Shown here piece after piece: positions 58,965 through 64,000 of a stretch of 64,000 bases of DNA. The notes below the pieces were generated by a model that saw only the letters and a program-made list of their open reading frames with translations, was not told where the DNA came from and searched no databases. The stretch comes from an uncultured Acidimicrobiia bacterium (GTDB lineage: Bacteria; Actinomycetota; Acidimicrobiia; Spongiisociales; UBA5794), in NCBI GenBank assembly GCA_963753185.1, contig CAVWBO010000007.1:1537140-1601139 (forward strand). Reading direction: 5' to 3'. A program made the translations under genes and the position numbers. The number at the start of each line of letters is the position of its first letter. Positions within the stretch are counted from its first letter, which is position 1.

Positions 58965-60676
58965 GTGAAGTCCTCGAGACGGAGGATGATCTCGTCGTTC
59001 GAGCCACCGGCGACGACCATCGGGAAGACGAGGGCGTCGGGATCGCAGACGAACTCCATCACGACCGGGCGGTCGTCGACTGCGAGGCCCTTCTCGATGG
59101 TGGGAATCACGTCAGACGGGTGCTCCGCACGGAACCCCGCGCACCCCATCGCCTCCGCGAGCATCACGATGTTGGGGTTGTCGAATGACAGGACCGACCC
59201 GCTGTAGCGCTCGTCGTAGAACAGTCGCTGCCACTGGCGCACCATGCCGAGGTTCGCGTTGTTCATGACGGCGATCTTCACGGGCACGCCCTCGAGCGCG
59301 GCCGTGATGAGCTCCTGGAAGGTCATCTGGAAGCATCCGTCGCCATCGATGGCGATGACCGTCGACGACGGCATGCCGATTTGGGCACCGACGGCCGCGG
59401 GCACGGCGAAGCCCATCGTCCCGAGCCCACCCGAGTTGATCCATGTGTTCGGGCGCTCGAACGGCCAGAACTGGGAAGCCCACATCTGGTGCTGGCCGAC
59501 ACCGGCCACCACGGTGGCGTGCGGTGCATGCCGGGCGAGCTGGTCGATCACGTACTGCTGCTGGATCGGCCCGTCGGGATCCTGTTCGTAGGTCAGGGGG
59601 TGGTCGTGCTGCCACTGGGCGATGGTGGCGAACCACTCGGCACGATCCGGTGCGTCGTCGTTGGCCAGCGCCCGTGCTCCCCGGTCGATCAGCTGGTCGA
59701 GGACCGCCGATGCGTCGCCGACGATCGGCACGTCGGGAACCCGGATCTTGCCGATCTCGGCCGGATCGACATCGACGTGGATCACCTTGGCGCCAGGTGC
59801 GAAGAACTCCGGGTTCCCCGTGACCCTGTCATCGAATCGGGCTCCGATCGCGATGAGCAGATCCGCCTTCTGGATGGCCGTCGTCGCCGTGTACGAGCCG
59901 TGCATGCCCGACATGCCGAGGGTGAGGGGATGGGAATCGGGGATGGCGCCGCGCGCCATCAGCGTCGTGACCACCGGCAGGTTCTGCTGCTCGGCGAACG
60001 CCCTCAGGGCGTTGCTCGCACCGGCACGGATGATGCCGCCACCTGCGTAGAGGACAGGGCGCTCCGAGGCGATGATGAGGTCGATGGCGGCGGCAACCTG
60101 CCTTGGATGTCCCTGGACGGAAGGCTTGTACCCGGGGAGGTCCACATGTCCCTGTCCCTTCCATGGTGCCTCGCCCCCGAGCGCGTCCTTCGTGATGTCG
60201 ACGAGGACCGGCCCCGGTCGACCGGATGCGGCGATGTGGAACGCCTCACGGACGGCATCTGCGATCTCCTCGGTCCTCGTCACGAGGTGGTTGTGCTTCG
60301 TGACCGGCATGGAGATGCCCCATGTGTGCGCCTCCTGGAACGCATCGAGACCGATCGACGTCGACGGTACCTGGGCGGTGATGGCCACCACGGGGATCGA
60401 GTCCATGTAGGCGTCGGCGAGGGGAGTGATCAGGTTCGTCGCACCCGGTCCCGACGTCGCGAACGTCACCCCGATGCGTCCCGTCGCATGTGCGTACCCC
60501 GACGCCATGTGCCCGGCGCCCTGCTCATGGCGCGCGAGGATGTGTCGTATACCGCTGTCGAACAAGGTGTCGTACGCCTTGAGGATCGCTCCTCCCGGCA
60601 CACCGAAGATGACCTCGACGCCTTCGGCCTCGAGCGACCGTATGAGGATCTCCGAACCAGTGAGGATGTTTGTCAT
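58961..60676 (-). CDS. ilvB: Acetolactate synthase large subunit
   Basis: It has TPP, FAD and Mg-binding motifs (GDGCFQM, ...NNANLGMV). It has an ATGA overlap with ilvN. Confidence 0.9.
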   Translation of the reverse strand: MTNILTGSEILIRSLEAEGVEVIFGVPGGAILKAYDTLFDSGIRHILARHEQGAGHMASGYAHATGRIGVTFATSGPGATNLITPLADAYMDSIPVVAITAQVPSTSIGLDAFQEAHTWGISMPVTKHNHLVTRTEEIADAVREAFHIAASGRPGPVLVDITKDALGGEAPWKGQGHVDLPGYKPSVQGHPRQVAAAIDLIIASERPVLYAGGGIIRAGASNALRAFAEQQNLPVVTTLMARGAIPDSHPLTLGMSGMHGSYTATTAIQKADLLIAIGARFDDRVTGNPEFFAPGAKVIHVDVDPAEIGKIRVPDVPIVGDASAVLDQLIDRGARALANDDAPDRAEWFATIAQWQHDHPLTYEQDPDGPIQQQYVIDQLARHAPHATVVAGVGQHQMWASQFWPFERPNTWINSGGLGTMGFAVPAAVGAQIGMPSSTVIAIDGDGCFQMTFQELITAALEGVPVKIAVMNNANLGMVRQWQRLFYDERYSGSVLSFDNPNIVMLAEAMGCAGFRAEHPSDVIPTIEKGLAVDDRPVVMEFVCDPDALVFPMVVAGGSNDEIILRLEDFT

Positions 60677-60685
60677 GTCGTGCTC

Positions 60686-60779
60686 CAGATAAACGAAACC
60701 CTCCGGGGCACGGAGGGTTGGGCGCATCGGTTGTGTGATGCGCCTACCTGAGGAGGATTACTACGAGGTGTCTTTTCAT
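60686..60779 (-). promoter_or_regulatory. ilvB leader-peptide transcription attenuator
   Basis: An 11-codon leader ORF (60779..60744, minus strand) encodes [11 protein letters not shown], with six Leu/Val/Ile codons in a row. Hairpin GGCGCAUC..GAUGCGCC follows at 60721-60744. The terminator hairpin CCCUCCG-UGCCC-CGGAGGG follows at 60698-60716, then UUUCGUUUAUC. The ilvB RBS and ATG come 10 nt later. Confidence 0.6.
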
Positions 60780-62091
60780 GTCCCTATCGCCGACGTATGC
60801 GGCAGGTGTGGGAGTATGGCACCGTGGCGAAGAAGGTCAAATCGAGAGGGTGGACGTGGTGTCGGACGGGCCCGTGACCCTGGGTCGAGATGCCAGGCGC
60901 CTTCTCCGATCAGTCATTGCCGCGTCTCGGGAGGAGCTCGCTGATCGGGACTCCGATGAGGTGCCGGCGCGCCTTCGCAAGGTGGCTGCGAGCTCGGCTC
61001 GTTCGCTTCCACCCCCCCTCGAGAAGGCCCTGGTCGATGTACTCATCGCCGATGAAGCGTTCCGCACCGCCGTTGCTGGGCGGTGGAGCGCCGCTGGTCA
61101 CGGCGATGCAGCCTCGGAACTGTTCCTCGAGGATCCCGAACGGGCAGCCCCCATCCTCGAGGCGATGGCTGCGGGTGGCCTCCTCGATTCGGAACGCGCT
61201 CGGGTCGGTGTCCTCACGGATCGCGTCCAGGACCTCGAGCGCAAGCTAGCGGAGGCCAAGGCGAGGACCAGTGCAGCTCGCGACAAGGCACGCGCGGACA
61301 TTGCCGCCCTCAAGGAGGCCAATCGCCTCGCACGTTCGAGCACCGCCGAGACTGCGGCCGCCTCACGCCGGATCGCGGAGGCCGCAGCGACCGAGCACCG
61401 GAACACCGAAGCCGAGAGGGTTCGCCTCGTCGCCGAGGTCAGCGAACTCCGACGCACGGTGGACCGACTCACGGAGAAGGCGCGCCGAAGGACCGAGGAC
61501 GGCCGAGCCCCTGCCGACAGGTCGAGGGATGGCACCCTCCCAGGTCCCGGCACGGACCCCTCGGCAATCGCGAGGAATCTCGACGCCTTCGAGCGTGCCG
61601 TGCGCCCGTACCGACCCGCCGTTGATGTCACCATGGCCCCCGACCTCGAGGGAGCATTCACCCTTCCCGGCGGGATCGCCCCTGACACCGCGGAGGCGGT
61701 CGCTGCGGTCCTCGCCGGGCGGGTCGATGTGATCGTCCTCGACGGGTACAACCTCGCGGGGGTGCTCGGCGTCGAGCAGTTCGCGACATCCGAAGGCCGT
61801 GCCATCGTCGGAACCATCGCGACGGGCCTCGCTCGGTCGTCGACGGCCAGGGTCATGGTGATCTTCGACGCGGTCGGCGTGGTCGGAAGGCAAGCCGTTC
61901 GAAGCGACCTCGGTGTCGAGGTCATCTTCGCCCAGGATCGGTCAGCGGACGAGGAGATCGTCGATCTCGTCGCCAACGCTCGGGGACGATGGGTCGTCGT
62001 CACCAACGATCGTGAGCTGAGGGATCGGTGCGCGTCCCACGGAGCGGTGGTCCTGTGGTCCGACGCCGTTGCCTCCTGGTGGCACCGCTGA
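60778..62091 (+). CDS. NYN/YacP-like (PIN-fold) domain protein with an N-terminal coiled-coil region
   Basis: The C-terminus (VIVLDGYNLAG ... VVVTNDRELRDRCASHGAVVLWS) fits a NYN nuclease domain. The annotated ATG overlaps the ilvB leader peptide start. The true start is probably a downstream in-frame GTG at 60850-60861. Confidence 0.55.
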   Translation: MSLSPTYAAGVGVWHRGEEGQIERVDVVSDGPVTLGRDARRLLRSVIAASREELADRDSDEVPARLRKVAASSARSLPPPLEKALVDVLIADEAFRTAVAGRWSAAGHGDAASELFLEDPERAAPILEAMAAGGLLDSERARVGVLTDRVQDLERKLAEAKARTSAARDKARADIAALKEANRLARSSTAETAAASRRIAEAAATEHRNTEAERVRLVAEVSELRRTVDRLTEKARRRTEDGRAPADRSRDGTLPGPGTDPSAIARNLDAFERAVRPYRPAVDVTMAPDLEGAFTLPGGIAPDTAEAVAAVLAGRVDVIVLDGYNLAGVLGVEQFATSEGRAIVGTIATGLARSSTARVMVIFDAVGVVGRQAVRSDLGVEVIFAQDRSADEEIVDLVANARGRWVVVTNDRELRDRCASHGAVVLWSDAVASWWHR

Positions 62092-62195
62092 TCGGAGGAT
62101 CGAACGGCCACCACCTCGACGCCTGGTCGCGTCGGAACCCCTAAACGCAGGGGCCTGATCGCCCGATACACGACCGAGCGACCCGTTGGGGATCC

Positions 62196-64000
62196 GTGAC
62201 TGCAACGCTCCCGCGTGCCCATGTCGAAATCGAAGAGACCCCGCTGCCAGAATACGCGGCGGTGCTGACGCGGTGGCATGGGCTTCGGCGACTCGCCGGC
62301 ATCGTCACCATGGCGCTCGCCGCTTTCAGTGGCGTCGTACTCCAATGGCCGGTGCTTGCCGTCATCACCGCGTTGGGAGCGGGAATCGCGATCGATGCGT
62401 CGATCGCCCTGTCATCGGACAGATCGCGGGTCGGACCGACGCTCGTCGCGGACATCTCACTCACCGGGGTGGGTCTCGCCATTGCAGCGGTTCCCGCAGC
62501 CGCAGTCGGAGTCGTCGTCGCGTACTTCGTGCTGGTGACGACGATCCTCGGCACGACGAGGACCGCCTGGCGGATCGGAGCGTACGCGGTTGCGGTCGGC
62601 ATCGGGGCATCGGTCGCCTCCTTGCTCACCAACACGACGTCCGACATCCAGGTGAGATCTCTGGTCTCTGGTGTCATCACCGTCGCGGTATTCGGACTCC
62701 TCACGATCGCAATGGCACGCGAGTACGCGTTGGCCAGAACGCAGGGGGGAGTGACCGTCGGCCGAAGGATCGAGATCTCCGATGCCGTCGCCCAGGCATC
62801 CAAGGCCCTCGTCGCCGAGGATGACGCCAGGGCACTCGGATCCGCGCTCGATGCGATCCGCGATGCGATGGGTGTGTCTGCCGTGTTCGTGGAGAGGAAC
62901 GTCGATGATCCGACCCACGGCCTCGCAGCGGTCGTCGTGGAGCGATCGGCGGATCCCTCGACCGTCCACCCATCGCTCGACGTGAGGTCCAAGGTCCCGT
63001 GGTCGGCGATGCCCGGCGCGAGGTCGCATCTCGAGGGAGGTGCGCCGTTCTTCTACCGGGTCGAGGAGGCGCGGGGGACGGTCGCTGACAGGGGAGGTGA
63101 GGGGGGCCTCCACGTCGAGGTCAACATCCCCATCACGCTGCGCGACGAGTGGGTAGGCGTCATCGGTGCTGCCGACCGCGATCCGGATCGGCTGTGGCGA
63201 ACGGACGATCTCACGCTCCTACGGACGATGGCCGATCTCACGGCCGCGTTCTGGCAGCGAATGGAGGACGCACGGGTCCGCGACTCGCTGATCGGGACCC
63301 TCGACGGACGCTTGCGATACGAGGAAGCGATCGCCAGGGCGTCCCAGGCCCTCCTCGGTGAGCATGCGATCGACATCCAACCTGCCCTCGTCGCCGTCGG
63401 TTCAGCCGCGGGCGTCGATGAGCTCTTCGTCACCGAGACCGTGGTGGGTCCCGACGGGACGCCACACGCCGTCGTGGTCGGAGCTTGGGCATCGCCGGGA
63501 TCGACGGCGCGCTACGCCGTCGACAGCTCGTGGAGATACGGGGACCAGCCCGACGTCCAGAGTGCACTCCAGCGAGGTGAGATGACGAGCCGCAGGGCGC
63601 GCCACGACGTGTCCGAGCTGATCGCAGGTGTCGAGGTCGCCGGCGCATGGCATGGATCCGTCGGATTCGTCGTCAGCGGCGGCGACCATGTCTGGCGAAA
63701 CAGGGACGAAGCGTTCCTGAGGACCTTCGCCGACATCATCGGAGCCTTCCACGAAAGGGCACAGAACCGTGCCCGCCTGGAGGCCTCGCTCGCCTCGAAG
63801 GACCAGCTGATCGCGTCGGTCAGCCACGAACTGCGGTCACCGCTGACGGTGGTGGGGGGGCTCGCCGAAGAACTCCGATCCGCTGGAGACCGGCTCGGCG
63901 ACGAGGAACGCAGCGAGCTCCTCGGTGTCATCGCGACCGAGAGCTCGGAGATGGCGGACCTCGTCGAGGACCTCCTCGTCGCTGCTCGATCCGATGACGG
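62196..64000 (+). CDS. Sensor histidine kinase, 3'-partial. It has an N-terminal 6-TM domain, GAF-like domains and a HisKA domain.
   Basis: The GTG-start ORF is open to the window end, which is why the track omits it. Its H-box is ASVSHELRSPLTVVGGLAEEL. Confidence 0.6.
   Translation, partial: MTATLPRAHVEIEETPLPEYAAVLTRWHGLRRLAGIVTMALAAFSGVVLQWPVLAVITALGAGIAIDASIALSSDRSRVGPTLVADISLTGVGLAIAAVPAAAVGVVVAYFVLVTTILGTTRTAWRIGAYAVAVGIGASVASLLTNTTSDIQVRSLVSGVITVAVFGLLTIAMAREYALARTQGGVTVGRRIEISDAVAQASKALVAEDDARALGSALDAIRDAMGVSAVFVERNVDDPTHGLAAVVVERSADPSTVHPSLDVRSKVPWSAMPGARSHLEGGAPFFYRVEEARGTVADRGGEGGLHVEVNIPITLRDEWVGVIGAADRDPDRLWRTDDLTLLRTMADLTAAFWQRMEDARVRDSLIGTLDGRLRYEEAIARASQALLGEHAIDIQPALVAVGSAAGVDELFVTETVVGPDGTPHAVVVGAWASPGSTARYAVDSSWRYGDQPDVQSALQRGEMTSRRARHDVSELIAGVEVAGAWHGSVGFVVSGGDHVWRNRDEAFLRTFADIIGAFHERAQNRARLEASLASKDQLIASVSHELRSPLTVVGGLAEELRSAGDRLGDEERSELLGVIATESSEMADLVEDLLVAARSDD

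Overview
This is a high-GC (~70%), gene-dense chromosomal window that looks like core genome of a Gram-positive actinobacterium. Supporting markers are a WhiB regulator, an F420-dependent LLM oxidoreductase, KatG, an LPXTG-anchored surface protein, a Flp pilin and an ECF sigma factor. No CRISPR array, IS element, prophage or tRNA gene was recognised.

Main gene content, in order:
- A 2-oxoacid dehydrogenase E1alpha/E1beta/E2 cluster with a divergent acyl-CoA dehydrogenase.
- A Nif3 / COG1579 zinc-ribbon pair.
- katG placed divergently from an MIP-family aquaporin.
- An RNase P RNA (rnpB, type A) on the minus strand. The six-frame track does not show it, and three track ORFs that overlap it are spurious.
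- An ECF sigma / anti-sigma / beta-propeller / S33 peptidase operon.
- HypA followed by a Mrp-like ATPase.
- trpD.
- A nearly complete his operon: a yerC-like regulator, then hisG-D-C-B-H-F-IE, with hisA/priA transcribed divergently.
- A CDC48-like AAA ATPase, a DnaQ+GIY-YIG nuclease, a TPM-domain protein, kynureninase, an archaeal-type SAM synthetase, pntAA/pntA-II/pntB, gnd, and the leuBA and ilvBNC clusters.
- A partial GAF sensor histidine kinase running off the 3' end of the window.

Most notable observations:
1. A lipoprotein TlpA/ResA-like thioredoxin-fold gene (25213..25833) has an in-frame TGA exactly at the first Cys of its CxxC motif (W-U-S-I-C). A GC-rich hairpin with loop AGUUG sits 12 nt downstream, the position expected for a bacterial SECIS. 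A Cys paralog with a normal WCLPC motif lies on the other side of lgt. This is a candidate selenoprotein with a Sec/Cys paralog pair bracketing the lipoprotein diacylglyceryl transferase.
2. A textbook leader-peptide attenuator lies upstream of ilvB. It encodes [11 protein letters not shown], followed by two hairpins and a U-tract. It overlaps the annotated start of the divergent NYN-domain gene.
3. At least five frameshifts interrupt otherwise well-conserved genes: flp, nif3, the S33 peptidase, trpD and hisIE. All sit at short homopolymer or dinucleotide runs, so they are most likely indel sequencing errors. Genuine pseudogenes cannot be excluded.
4. Several gene junctions overlap by 4 nt (GTGA or ATGA), which indicates translational coupling. 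This includes a TauE/SafE transporter encoded as two separate 4-TM half genes.
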